Part shown: positions 51,153 through 64,000 of the stretch, piece after piece
Layout: each line of letters opens with the position of its first letter
Position numbering within the stretch: the first letter of the stretch is position 1
NCBI GenBank assembly: GCA_023515725.1
Contig: JALDTO010000275.1
Location: 1-64,000, forward strand
DNA length: 64,000 nt
Direction of reading: 5' to 3'
DNA from: Amoeboaphelidium protococcarum X5
Lineage: Eukaryota > Fungi > Aphelidiomycota
Made by a program: the position numbers and the translations under genes
Notes under the pieces: model-generated
Told to the model about the DNA's origin: nothing
The model's input: only the letters and a program-made list of their open reading frames with translations
The model's database searches: none

Positions 51153-53141
51153 ATGAGCGATCGCGTGCATCATGCCAGAAACTCAATCATAAGTCTATCA
51201 GACTGGTCTACGTCTAGTATTATGCGATATCTTTCAGGCACAATGAATGATGGTGGAGATGAATATGCTGATTGTTAATGCGATGAGTAATTATAGTAGA
51301 ATGATCGACAAAGAGATGCTGGGTAAACTCTAAATATAGAGCGCGTCGATCCATCGCTTGGCATTTAATTCGCTGTGTTGGGATACTGGAATGACGTGTT
51401 GGGGCCTTCTGTTTTATGGCAATGGTAATCTAATACTGTTGATGTAATGTAATAATCACCTGGCAGCGATCGTTGCATTGACGGAGATTATTAAACTTGG
51501 ATCAGGAATTTACTTCACATCGCTCTTAGTGGGTCACATCTAGAAAGTAGTAGTGGTGCTGATAATACTGCGGGCATTGATGAAGTGTAGGAGAATATCG
51601 CAACTTTGGACTAGTTATCACGCGTCAAAATAATTAAAGTTGGAGAAGATTAGCAGGTGTTTATTTGCATCGTTTTTTATTGTTAAATGAATGTGTCTAT
51701 GGATGGCTAAACATCTCTCCCATAAGCAGAGAGTAGTTCCAAGTAACTGGTAGCGCAATGTCTTTGCTTCTCTTTATTACCTTTTATCATGTCCTCCGAC
51801 TATTAATAGAAACTATTTATCTAATGCGCGGAGAAGGCAGCATAATCTTTACAGTTCATGCAACGTGTCGACCCTGCTACTTTACATTCTACCGGAGATG
51901 TAGAATTATCATCGTCTTATATTCGAGCCTCATCTGATGTACTGTAATCCCTGTTTGATTAGTTATAAACCGTACAGAGATAGAAGTAGTTGGTCCAATC
52001 GCTGTAGAATAGTATAAAGTAATTGCCTAAGGCCTTCTTATGTAAGTGCTTTACTGCCGCGATGATGTATGACCGATTGCCAATAGTGATAATAATGAGC
52101 GATGACTAGACAGATGCTCAAGGTTTGGCTTTGATGATTAGCTAGTTGACTGGTTCTTTGATTCTAAATCTCGACCCTGCTGTGTATAAGTAAGGTGTAT
52201 ACTATCGAATTCAGGTGACATCTCAGGTACCTGATATTTTGAGGGAACGCTAATGTGTACGAATCAATCTTTCAAAATTGTCTATTGAAGTTCCTGTGAA
52301 TATTAATAAAAGTCTCGAAAGTACTGAATAGTCGAGTGTGAATTCCCTAGTGTTATAAGGGCTTACACCGAGTGACCAAGTGGGGCACCCGTTAGTTATA
52401 TTTGAAGGCTTCAATGTGGTTTCTATATTGGTTGCTCTTTTGGTTGAACGTTGTTATGGAGAAATCTTGCTTAATTGGAGTAACGTTACAGATAAATTTC
52501 AATAGCGTCTGGAGTGCAAACGCGTCATGCTAAATGAGTATTTGGATTGCCTACTTGCGTAATAGAGTACCGATTTGACTATGAAGAGCAATTTACACTC
52601 AAGTTCTGGTTATAAGGAGAATTCTATACAAAAGTATTAATAAAAATAATAATAATTATAGTCTCGTCAATCCAATGTTCCCCAGTTTATGAAGAATCTG
52701 TGGTAAAGTGGCGATAGTCTTCAGAGATCTTAGTAGCCGGTCGATTGTGCTGATCTGATGGAGAAGCTTCAAAGTATTGTCTTTAGTTATGATACTTTAG
52801 CTCTTCAACTGCATAAGTAGAAATTAAAATCACGATAGAGTTATCATCATACGAGCACGTTGCAGGCAAGGTAACTTCTTACCAAGACTAGTCGCGCGTC
52901 GTCACACATTGGTGGTCATCATTTAAACCTCAGTGGATATAACTCTAACAGGACATCGCCTGTATTTGGCTAATAGAAACAAGCCAAGTTGAACTAGAGC
53001 TAGACAAATTAAGAAGTATTCGATGAAATTGTGAATGATCCTGATTTCGCTATACTGATATGTTCTGATGATAGTTCAAAAAGTGGAAGCCTTAATAAAA
53101 AGTATATCAAAGAGAAGATAAGACAGGTATTGTAAATATGA
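51153..53141 (+). CDS. C9orf72-like DENN-fold protein
   Basis: FAVLGYWNDVLGPSVLWQW resembles C9orf72 FAYWDNILGPRVRHIW, followed by LLHIALSG and VKIIKV...FICIVF at the expected relative positions. The rest is divergent. Confidence 0.65.
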
Positions 53142-53207
53142 TTATATATTCAATATGTACTCACTATAATCTTATTATAATCTTCATGTGCAAAAGTTTA
53201 ATAAATT

Positions 53208-56200
53208 TCAGCGACCATTACTGGAGACAGTCTTGAAAGCGTTAATAGCCTCTTGAATACCTTTATACACTACTCCTCTGAAGCGATAGCCCACATTGAT
53301 ACAAGTGATAGTCTCTGATAAAACATTATGGCCAGATCCCAGCTTGTAGATCAGGTACAACTTTCCCGGCTTATCATTAGCTAGACACATGAAATAAGGC
53401 ACACGTTAAGGATTAATCTGAATCTCCTGTTCAACCAACACTTCGACATCATCACGAGACATGGCGCGATACTTTGGATGTTTCTATGCCGCCTGTAGAT
53501 TTCTCACCATCGGATTAATGTAGAAAGATTTAATTTCATCCAAGTCTGAAAACTTTTCATTCTCAATCCACAGCTCCTTGCCAAGACCATAATCGCTCTC
53601 TTTACGTCGCTCTTTGATATCCACATGCTGATAAATACCTTCACCCACCTTCCAACTCAGCACCAGATTATCCTTACCTCTACTAGAAGGGCGAAAGACG
53701 CAATCACCGACCGGACGATTCCTGAGATAATCCTGACATTCACGGTAGGAGAAGTTAAAGAACAGAGGATGTTTAATGGTTCTCTTCAGCTGTTCATTGG
53801 TAGGACGAGCTTTGTTCAGTAAATTCAAATCTTTCGCTTCAGCATTAACGTCAAAATACTCGTCGCGTTTGATTTGACGATAGCGCTCAAATTTATCAGC
53901 AACTTCGAACACTTGCACATTCACCTAAAACTTATCCTTTTCAATACTAATAATCTTCACTCTGTATGTCTAACCCTCTTTAAAATGCTCCTACGGCCTT
54001 TAAGCAAAAGAGCCCATTGCCTAATTGGTCATATACCCATCTACTCCATTCGCCAATTTAAATGTAGCAAATTAGTCCTTCACTCTAAATGCCATTGCAG
54101 GCAAAACCATTCCAATGCGGAGACTCTAATCAGATTCCCCAGTAAGTATGGTAAACAGCTCATCCTGACTCGGCGGACTAAAAGGTTATCGAGGATCTCT
54201 GTACGGACGCTTGAGCTCTTTTCTAATGAGCTCTAGCCTGGCAGTCATGACGACACCACGCTCTTGCTTCAGCACATCAGCATACTCGTCCAGTCTGAGA
54301 GCGGACAAAGACTTGAGCGCTTCTTAATCGTGCATAAAATCAGCCACTGTCTAATCAGTTGAACTGTCAACATACTCCCTACCAAGAGCATCAAACACAA
54401 TCTTCCGCGCCACCCCGTAGTCTTCAGGATGTATGCGAGTGCTGTCCAAAACTTCGCCTTAAATCGCAGCTCTCTATCTCTTGTTACCCCGCCTATTATC
54501 ATACTCTTCGTCATCATCATCTTACTGGAACTTGAAAAAGGAACAGCAATTCTGAAAGACGACTGATGCTAGTTTTACAACACTAACCAGCTCAACACGA
54601 TTATTCAGCAGGCCACCATTCGCAACGATTCTCTATACGATCATTTACGCCTTCCTTGGGCCCAATCCGCAAACGAATTGCAATAAACTCAGAGCAGTGC
54701 TTCTCTCGATCACAGCGTTCACATCTACACCGACATCATTTACCATGGAGATCATACATCTCTCCATGCGCTTGTACAGCTAGTCTTTGGGCATAAGATC
54801 TTGCATAACATGCAACGGCAGATATAAAGCATCCTTGTCTGCATTGAACATCGCTGCGTACTCAGACAACGGATCAATAACATATCGCCCAATACCAACA
54901 CAATATCTCAGCACAGGAGGATAGATGGGAAACTCTTTCTCTGCGCGCGACGAAGACTGATAGATTCTGGCAGTCTCATCTTTGGTGTAATAGACAGGCA
55001 CTCGGATTCCCTATGCTTGCAATGTTCTAAATATATTCTCGTACAAGAACCTCGTCTAGATACTCCATCCGCTGATAGCCAGCGCTGCAAGTTGGCCGTC
55101 AGCTACCAACTCTTCCACATATTCGACTAGCTTGATCAGATCCTGTTTCTGTGCTTCTTGATTTCTGCTGTGAATTGCACTAAGTTTTATATGACCTTGA
55201 ACTGAGCCATCTTCCAAGACGAATGCTGCAAAGGCTGCAGTGCTAAAATCACCATCTCCACAAGATACGGCCAGGACGCCTCTCTTAGCAGCAATAAGAC
55301 GTCTTCTTTCATTCTAAGCCGAGGAAGAAGGCATCTAATAATTACTTCCTCTGATAAACGCCTAGTGGGGCTGCATCTTCAAACTTTTCATAAACTAATT
55401 CTCAATCTTGTCCAGAATAAAAAGGATGGATTTTTATCGATGCTACTCAATTATCCACGCCTTTGCCGACTATAACTGAAGCTACATAGCTTCCTAAAGG
55501 ACCTTTCGACGCTCCTGATTAAATAGATCGCTGTAGCTACTATACCCATTACTCAAGTACAATCGACAATACTGGTCAAATGTAGATTGAACATCACATT
55601 CAATCTTATATGTAACCAAACCTTCAGAGGTAGCTTTCATAATCCACAAAAACTGCATTTCGTCAATCTTACCAACTGGCTTTTCGCGCAAATACTTGAA
55701 CGCATAATAATCATGCTACTCATCAATATCAATCTTGCCCTTCTCGGTGGCGTAGACATTGATGATGGCACTCTTACCCAGCAACTGGCGCATTGAACTA
55801 CGAAAGGAGAGTTCAGTTGAAATTTCTCTAGCCATCAAAAATCTTGTGGCTCTCATAACACTGTCGGTAGTGAGCAATTCATCACTCAGATACTACTCTG
55901 CCAACTACCTGATATCGACATCCAGATCTTGTGGCTAAATACTAGGATACTAATCTTCTATATTTCGAGCAAATTCATGGCTCTTCAACGCAATCTAACT
56001 AGCAAACTACTAAAGATTATTTTCCAAAGCCACTGTATAAGCATCTCTCTACACTGGCCGCTTAATACCTTAACTTGTGGAGGAGTCCATCTGTTTATCA
56101 TATTACACTTTCTGCTACTTGAATTCCTCCATCTGCTTGCGATATCTTGTCTGCAAATAGTCTGTCATATCTCTAACTGCATCAAGACTTTGGATCTTGG

Positions 56201-57587
56201 ACAACTCGGATTCCAAATTAATATCCATGGCCACATGCTACCATCGACGGAGGGCATTCTTCCTCTTTTCAACCTCAACGTACTGCTCATGAAGATCCAA
56301 CACTGTCCAAATCTCGCTGTCACTTAGTTAACTCGAATACTGATCCGATCTATGTCTTTGGATAAACGGTACCTCAAAGAGTTATCGCACCATCAACTCA
56401 AGCACGTTCTCTATACAATCAAGCAGAGGCTGGTCATACAACTCTGCCGACTTCTGTCCTTATTCTTGACGCAATTCACACAGTCGCACTGCAATCCATG
56501 AAGATTCGGTCTTCAAGTCGGCATCATTCTACTCACTAAAACAACCAGACAGTTGATACCTCTCCGGCATATCAACCTGACGGATACGATCATCTCTGGC
56601 CGTGAACATTTTTTCTGCAACTTCAGCAGGCTCATAAACATCCTCAAGCTTTGACTTCTCGCCACGTCCTCGTGACTGTCTCTAAATCTGTTTCTGTAAA
56701 GTATCACCGTTCTACTCAGCCATGTCATCGTCATCTTCTTCTTACTCTCCATATTACTGCTCCGCATCTTCATCGTCAGACTGTTAAGAAGGACCTAGCG
56801 CGTAAGCATACTCTTCACCATCACCAAACATATCCTACACTTCAGCCCAGTCCTCTACTGACAATCCCAACTACTAAGCGACAGAGGAAGTCTTTTTCTA
56901 CTTTGATCTAACTGGACCTGTTGACTACTACTTGGCACTCTACTTAAATCTTTAAGAGGTAGCGCCACTACCCTGCTCTCTAGTTATAAGCCCTTCGAAA
57001 CCATCTGAATCCTCCTCTTCACCCTCTTCATCTTTTAACAGTTCCTGCTCTTCATTGGCACTAAACTTCATAACTTTCGCCTTCTTGGCCATTTGATCGT
57101 TCTGAGCACTGGCATTATGTTACGGCCCTGCTTCATCATCTTCATCAGAAAACAGATTGTTCAAATCGCCCTTATTATTTGATGATAACGATGATTTATT
57201 CTATACCGGGCTTCCTTTATTTCCAGTATCTTCAGCATCGCCATTATTACCGGTAATCTCACGCATTCGCTTCAATCTGCGCAACTCATTTCGATTACTA
57301 CTGGAGTTCTTTAATCCGTAATTTTCGGCAATCAAATCCAAATCATCCTCATCCAAATCTTCGCCATCTTCATCACTCTAAGCAGATTTATCGTCAGCGA
57401 TTTGCTCCTCTCTTTTATCTCCCGCATTGTCTTCTGATAATTATTATTGTTGTTGACCACTGCCACTATTATCCTCGTTTACAACCTCCATCGAGTCTGC
57501 CATAGAATCGCTTGAAGATCCTAAATTCTTCAATTACTATAACTCTTATTGCCCTTGCTACTCTATTCCATCGTTTTCTAAATCCAT
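53208..57587 (-). CDS. SPT6: Transcription elongation factor / histone chaperone Spt6
   Basis: LDEDDLDLIAEN, LEDVYEP, YKYLREKP-like segment, DETARIYQSS, LQFVCGLGPRKA, tandem SH2 (IKHPLF...FRPSSRG). Confidence 0.97.
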
Positions 57588-58161
57588 AGTGAAGTAATTA
57601 CTGAGATAAAAAGAATCTAAACCAAAATGTATTGATAGAAAAGAAGATGGAGAAAGGTGAGAGGGAAGAATTGAAAAAGAGAGAGAAATCAACACGCTTT
57701 TTGTACAGTGAGCGACAATGCGCGTTATATTTTGCTAGTAAAGTAAAGCAAATATTTAGCTCTTTAGGTGGAGATCTACTTACAACATTGAGGTCATTTT
57801 GAGCCTGGCTGCCATATTCTGCAACTGTACGCGGTCTGTTTAAAACGAGTAATTCGAGCATGCATGTTAGAGCCTGATCTAGGTAGGCGAAGTTTTCAAA
57901 GTTGAGAGCTCTGCGTCACATTTTACATTAAACCTCCAAATAAATAAGTGCTAACTACAATACAGTAATTGGTCGACAATTCCCTCATTTTAGATGAAAT
58001 ATTGCAGCGTCTGATCGAGAACAGGAAGTCGCGTGAGCCTTCTTGTTTCAGGCGACCATTACCGCAGTACAAGTATTATTTTACTGATCAAGAATCTTTG
58101 GGAATAAACCGACTCTATTTTTTTTTGAAGCACTTTAATTTAAATTACACGTAAATACAGA

Positions 58162-59013
58162 ATGGATTTATATAATGCAAGATTGTAAAGAATCAAGGAC
58201 ATCTTATCGTAAATAAACGCAGTGTCAGCAGATGTTGCTGAGCTCTTTGCTGCAGACATGGTGGACGTGGTCATTCCTGAAGGGCATGATGAGAGTGATT
58301 ATCTGATACAAAGGGCTTTTGAGCGTGGAATACGAACGGGAAAATTGCCTGGAAATAGTCATATTCCTGCATAAATCACTGAGTAAGTGCAATGTACTAG
58401 TCTTGGCGCGTTGTACTAAGGACTGTATGGAAAACGCGCCTCGAAACAAATCCACGTTGTTAAATCATCTCAAGATTTGAAACAACTTCATGCGGTGATT
58501 GAACAGCTGCGAAAATTGGCTGATGGCAATACTTTGTTATTTCACGGAGTGGTTAATGGTACTGTGGTCACCAAGATGATGACGAATCGCATTCAGTACG
58601 TTGGGCGCGACACTGATAATCTCAATGAACTTGGTGATGGGATTTATTGTGCATACGACTTTGACTTTGTTTACAGACACATCTCATAGTACACCAGTGG
58701 CGGATAGGCAATATTGGTATTCAACTGGAGTGCAGTGGACAGTCTGTCCAGCTTCTATGTCCACGGCGATGAATGGAAGAAAGTGGTCAAGTAAAACATC
58801 TGCTTATATGATAGCAAGAAAATGCAATAACTTGGCTATCCACCAGATTTGGCGGAATAGTATGATGTTGTTCAGGGATAAGTTACCAGAAATTATAAGG
58901 CCATACAGTCTTGTGCTGAGCCAATCAATAGTTCTGTCACTCAGGTTGTTGTGCTGAGGGATCAAGACAAGATTCTAATTCCTCGTCTATTGGCTGTTAT
59001 CTTCATTGTGTGA
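58162..59013 (+). CDS. ADP-ribosyltransferase-fold protein, DUF3990-like (283 aa)
   Basis: LLFHG...NELGDGIYCA...AILVF...DEWKKVV...YDVVQG...TQVVV follows the DUF3990 pattern LYHG/DFGxGFYxT/EWxxFV/YDxxxG/Q. Confidence 0.7.
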
Positions 59014-59745
59014 ATTATGAATATGGCGGGTACTAGTAACAATTATTGAAATCATCAAACTTTTTTCATTACTTGAAATCTTCTCCGTTGCATATATCAT
59101 AATAGAATGTTGAGATAGCCATTCTCAGAGTCCATAGACGCTCTGTGGTCAAAGTATGTAGAAACCATCAAAGCAGTTCGCATTTTAAACAAAGTGTATG
59201 TTTTAACAAAGTGCTGCATCAGACATGAGACATGGTTCAGCATACACAAGTAAAAGGTGCGGAATGTACTCACAAGTAGATGGATACGATTGCGTCAACT
59301 GTTTCTCCCGAGTGCGAACAGAAAACAGAACCTGACTGCACATCAGGGAAACGTCGCCGCGTTGCAAGCGCGCACCTACCGCACGCGAGATAAAATGTAA
59401 AAGCGCGCGTGAGTCGGAAAGCTCAACCCACCGACGGGGCCCACGCCTCCTGGAAAATCGAGATATGATTCATCGGCGCTTTTCTGAGCGATCACTGTCC
59501 ATCGCCGCCGCCCATCTTCGTATTCATCTCTCCTCAGCTGTTGCTTCTATCTGTTGCTCTTTATATCGGCATCTTTCTCAGTCATCATCGTTTATTTATA
59601 TTCAGGGAAAGACTGAGAGTCTAGAATCTGGTAAATATAGATATACTCTGCATCTGTTATCGTTTGTGTTTCTTTCAGCATCTGTATTTCGTCATTTAAT
59701 CTATTCTATTTATCTGCCTACATTAGTATATATTTATTACTGAGA

Positions 59746-62700
59746 ATGACGTCTCGCTTCAATGATCATCATCATCCTCATGGAAAGTCGGTGAAAAATG
59801 GAGTAATCGGAGATATTAGCGATTCTTTTAAAGAGTCTCGCCATGCAGTGTCCTCGCAACCTCAGTACGGTAAAGCTATTGGTAATAGTTAGGCGTATAG
59901 TCTCCCTATGAATAGTAGCGTCATCCCTGGCGGCGATTAGCAATGGTAGTAGTAGTAGTAGCAGCATGGTGGAACGCTGCACTTGAATGGTCAATAGATG
60001 TCATCATCTGCATCTTCTGTTGGGATCATGGCATCTAATGGCGGCTATCATTTATAGTCCTCATCAATGACCATTGGTGGTGGTGGTGGTATCATTGATA
60101 TCGGTGCTAGAATGTCTTAAGGGGACTCTATGCTGAATGATGGTTTTATTGGAGTTGGGCTTCATGGAACTGCAGGCACATAGATGATGTCTACGAATTC
60201 GTTGTCTCATAGCGGTCTCAACAATGGTAATAATAATCATAATAGTAGACCTGTTGTGTAAGTCAATCCTCCTTAACAGTAGTCACAGCCATAGCTTCAT
60301 TTTGATGGACAACAACTACCTCTTCCCCCTAACGCTAACAGCTACAATAGCACTAGCAATATCTATAAAACTTTCACGCCACACAGTATGTCATACAATC
60401 CATATGTAACGTCTCACCCGATATCTGCATAGTCGACATAGTCGTCGTCGCCCATTGTGTATGGTTCAGGATCGCAGTCGTAGTAGTAGTAGCAGTATAT
60501 GCGATAAGGATCCGTATAATAGTAGTAGTAGTAACAGTCACTTAATGATGGTCAGTAGTCGTATTACTCTAACCACGCGAGCTATGTCAGTTCTTAGTAG
60601 CAGTATTCTTCACTTCGCGCGTAAACTGGAGATGCTGGATCATCTAACTATGGTGTATCTGTTGCTAGTGGGCTTTACCGACCGCGTACTTCAAGTTCTT
60701 TATAATCTTAGCAGCAGTAGTAGTAGTCTTAGCCTCCGTAGATGGTTGAAGGGAGTGAAGAGTATAACGCGTAGATGGCTACGGTGCCTGAATTCATCAA
60801 GAAGATTTACAAAATGCTGGAGAGTAAAGTGTACTAGAACATCATAGATTGGACTTCTACGGGGGAATCATTTATAGTTAAGGATCCCAATGAACTGGCC
60901 AAGATGGTATTGCCCAATGTGTTTAAACATTCAAATTTCGCATCCTTTGTACGCCAATTGAACAAGTATGATTTTCATAAGGTTAAGAATGGGGAGGATT
61001 TAAAGTTGTACAATGGCATGGCGTGGGAGTTTAATCATCCCAACTTCAAGAAGGGGCGGATCGATATTCTGCATAAGGTTAGGAGAAAGTCATAAAAGAA
61101 GATTGGTGGCGGTACTTCGATGGGTAAAGACGACTAGGACGGCATGGACGATAATATTGGTGGCAGTACTGTGCATATAGGCAATAGTAATGGTAATGAG
61201 ATGTCAAGGAAATCATCAGAAGATTTTGCAGAGGTGGAAGTGCCCAAGAGTGCCAATCCGGTTTCGTTAGAATCCTCTGATTTTCAGCTGAAAGTGGATA
61301 ATCTTCTTGAATGTCAGTAGATTGTAACGTCCTAACTGCAGAGTATTACAAATAGTTACTAGCTGATGTAGAACGAGGTTGGTCTTCTTAAAAAGGCAAT
61401 ATCGTCCTAATGCTTGCTGATGACCCAGATGGCTGAGGTGATTATTAGCGGGGCTCAGTAGAAGTAGCTGACTGTCTCTGACAAGATGCTAACTTCATTG
61501 ATTAATTTCCTGTCTTCTTCTTCTTCTAATAGTGGTCAATTTGGTGTACTCCCTTAAGAGAATGGTGGTATCAATCAGTAGGGGTAGTAGCAGCAGTAAT
61601 AGATTCAGTCCGGTCTCATGTAGCCTATTCCAGCGACTGCTAATTTTGGTAATGATGGGGTGCCCGTTAATCTAGTGGCCAATTTAGTCGCTGATGCTCA
61701 GATTAGACTGCAAATGTAATAGCAGTAAAAATCCCAGCAGCAGAATGAGTAAAATGGTAACAGCTAGTAAACTTCTGGCCATGGTGCATCTGCAAATGCC
61801 GGCAAATCTGGCAATTACCATAATCACCACCATCATTAGCAATAAACTAGTGCTTAGTAAAAGCTCTCTCAGTCACATAAGAGGGAACATTCTTGGACCT
61901 CGGCGCCTAAAGTTCTGCTGGTCGAAGATGATCCTACTTGTAGGACTCTGTCTTCAAAGTTGTTGTAAATTTTTGGCTGTAAATTCGATGTTGTCACTGA
62001 CGGGCTTGCTGCTGTCAACAAGATGAATTTTGACAAGTATGATCTAGTTTTGATGGACATTATGATGCCGACTCTGGACGGTGTATCTGCGACTCATCAC
62101 ATCAGACAATTTGACAAACTCACTCCGATCATCTCAATGACTGGAAATACAACTGAACGTGACTTGAAGGTCTATCTCAACACTGGAATGACTGACATTC
62201 TACCCAAGCCTTTCTCAAAGGCCTCGCTGCTTGACATTCTGGAGAGATACTGTAGCCATTTAGTCTCTGCCAAGTTTGAGGAGAACTTTAAGAATAATCC
62301 AATGCTTTTTGATTAGAACTCGTTGTTTAGTTCGTTGCGTAGTAATCCTAATCCGTTTGATTCACTCACCTCCTTGTACTTGGGCAATATCAGTATTGAT
62401 GGTAGTATTTTGACTTTGGAAGATGATGAACAGAATGGTGTCAAGAGCGGTGATAATAAAGATAGGGATAGATCTTTATCTGAGCTCACCTCCACTTCAT
62501 TGTCGTAGCTGTTGTCTACTGTTAAAGGGTTTAATGTATTGCCGTCTAGCGGTGGTGCGACTAATCCTCCGTCACTCACTAACACTGTTACTTCCGAGTC
62601 TGAACCCAAGATTATAGAGCTGAAAGACGATGTTTTGATGGATTAATAATAAACTCATGATGCTGATTTGGAGGCGGATATGGCGTTGGACCAGCTGGCG

Positions 62701-62970
62701 TCTAATTAGAAGGGGAATCGTAGTAGTGGCTCACATAGATCCAATTCATCTGGTAGTCAGCATAGTGCGAAATCTTCCACTGGTAAGCGCCCCATTGACG
62801 ATAGTGGTGAAGTTGAAAGAAGTATGGGGAAGAGGAGTAGCTCTGCAATACAGTACTCAGAGTAATAGCCAGGCTTATAAAGTGTCAAAGGACAAGTTTA
62901 ATTTACAAATGGCAGCAGTGCGGCAAATTTAAAAGCTAATAGTCACAAGAGAAAAAAGACTAGTACGTGA
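59746..62970 (+). CDS. SKN7: Skn7/Prr1-type transcription factor (HSF DNA-binding domain + response-regulator receiver)
   Basis: PEFIKKIYKMLE...FKHSNFASFVRQLNKYDFHKV; KVLLVEDD...YDLVLMDIMMPTLDG...ILPKPF; poly-Gln tracts written as TAG/TAA/CAG. Confidence 0.95.
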
Positions 62971-63386
62971 TGAAAACAATAATAAGTAAGAGTCAATAAA
63001 ATCATTCTATTGAATACATTATTTTTATTTGAACACATCACCTACCTGCTTTCATCGATCAATCTAGCAACTCTGCAATCTTATATAAATGTTCAAGTAT
63101 TGCCTCCTTGATAGCTGGTAGTGTAAACGCGTTCATAGTACTGGACTTGGAAGTTTATATCGCGACCAAGACATACTACACACATCTCAAGACAATATTA
63201 TTATTTTAGTCTTTGATACATTCAATAATAACCTTACGTGTTGTTCAATGATGAATAAACAGTAGAGACACGAGTCACCACTCATATAAGCAGATAGAAT
63301 GTTGGCATTCTTACTTGAGGTGAATAAATCTCCTACACATCTTATTACTATTACAAGCAATGTCATAACACTGAGTGAGAGAAGAA

Positions 63387-64000
63387 TCAATACTCACCTA
63401 TCAACTTCGATGCATGATACCATTAATGAACCAGATCGGTATCAGGCATGCACATATTGATGCTGGCAGACTATTTATTGGTGGCAGTAGACGACGTGGT
63501 ATCACTCACAGTTGCCACACGGTCAGAATCTCGAGTGTTTGAACTCTTAGCGGTGCTCTTTCGCTCCGTGTTGCCCTTTTTAGGCCCGTGATATGATTTG
63601 AACTTTTCAACAACTGCACTCAATTACTGAGCCTTGTTAACGCCACCATCTTTGCGCCTGTCTGCGGGTTGTTATTGTACAGACTATTTCCCCACCAGAT
63701 CTGATCCGAGTGATCCGCAGCTAATGCCCACATTGTCACTTCCCTCCACAGCAGGTGGCAGTGAAAGAACTGTGCGAATCAGCGACTTGACATCCAAACA
63801 GATTTACTCAAGCTGCTTCTTCTTAAGAGGGGCTAATTTGTATTACTTCTTCTTGGAACTTGGTCCAAAACAGCTCGAGAACATTAGAATAAGATATATA
63901 AGTATCTGCGCAATTATATCAAAATATTAAACTAAAGCGATACAACTATAGCAATAATTGCCGAGACAATGACTCTGGACAGTACTGTAATGAAGGTGAG
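63387..64000 (-). CDS. 3' part of a hypothetical gene entering from the right; may splice on towards about 63059
   Basis: Table-6 frame open from the window edge to ...WYHASKLI, where G|GTGAGT is a strong donor candidate. Downstream exon structure could not be resolved. Confidence 0.55.

Noticed and set aside
63059-63390. Specific exon model for the end of the last gene (track ORF 63187-63390)
   Set aside because: Several donor/acceptor combinations are possible and none could be validated.
1-64000. Reading the many TAA/TAG-interrupted genes as mass pseudogenisation or as intron-split exons
   Set aside because: Essential genes (SPT6, TFA1, TIM10, ELP2) stay in one frame, the interruptions are TAA/TAG rather than TGA, and they fall on Gln positions.
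1-64000. CRISPR arrays, rRNA, tRNA or prokaryotic operon/defence systems
   Set aside because: No repeat-spacer arrays or structured-RNA signatures were seen by eye, and gene content is eukaryotic. A tRNAscan/Infernal run would be needed to exclude small RNAs.

Overview
Compact, intron-poor eukaryotic (fungus-related) genomic DNA read with a non-standard nuclear code: TAA and TAG encode Gln and only TGA terminates (translation table 6). This is why the supplied standard-code ORF track is fragmented. Fungal-type genes plus this code fit an aphelid such as Amoeboaphelidium, an endoparasitoid of algae; this taxonomic call is an inference. Re-translated by hand, the window holds about 30 tightly packed genes. 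Housekeeping genes: SIL1-like, SMPD4-like, REV1, thiol methyltransferase, synaptobrevin, DnaJ, Sec7-PH ARF-GEF, TPA1/OGFOD1, Dsf2/Nif1-like, a TKL kinase with an intron right after its ATG, a CoA-transferase, a Tgl1-like lipase, TIM10, TFIIE-alpha, a PIP kinase, ELP2, MetAP, a large ankyrin protein, C9orf72-like, SPT6 and SKN7. Between them lie conflict/effector-type genes: two inverted paralogues with signal peptide + F-box + ankyrin repeats (candidate host-SCF-hijacking effectors), a DUF3990-like ADP-ribosyltransferase-fold protein, a protein with a possible Zn-deaminase signature, a frameshifted secreted-protein gene and a GTPase-less Mx/dynamin fragment. All coordinates and family calls come from manual translation and motif recognition; no searches were run, and the longest ORFs were frame-checked at anchor points rather than codon by codon.
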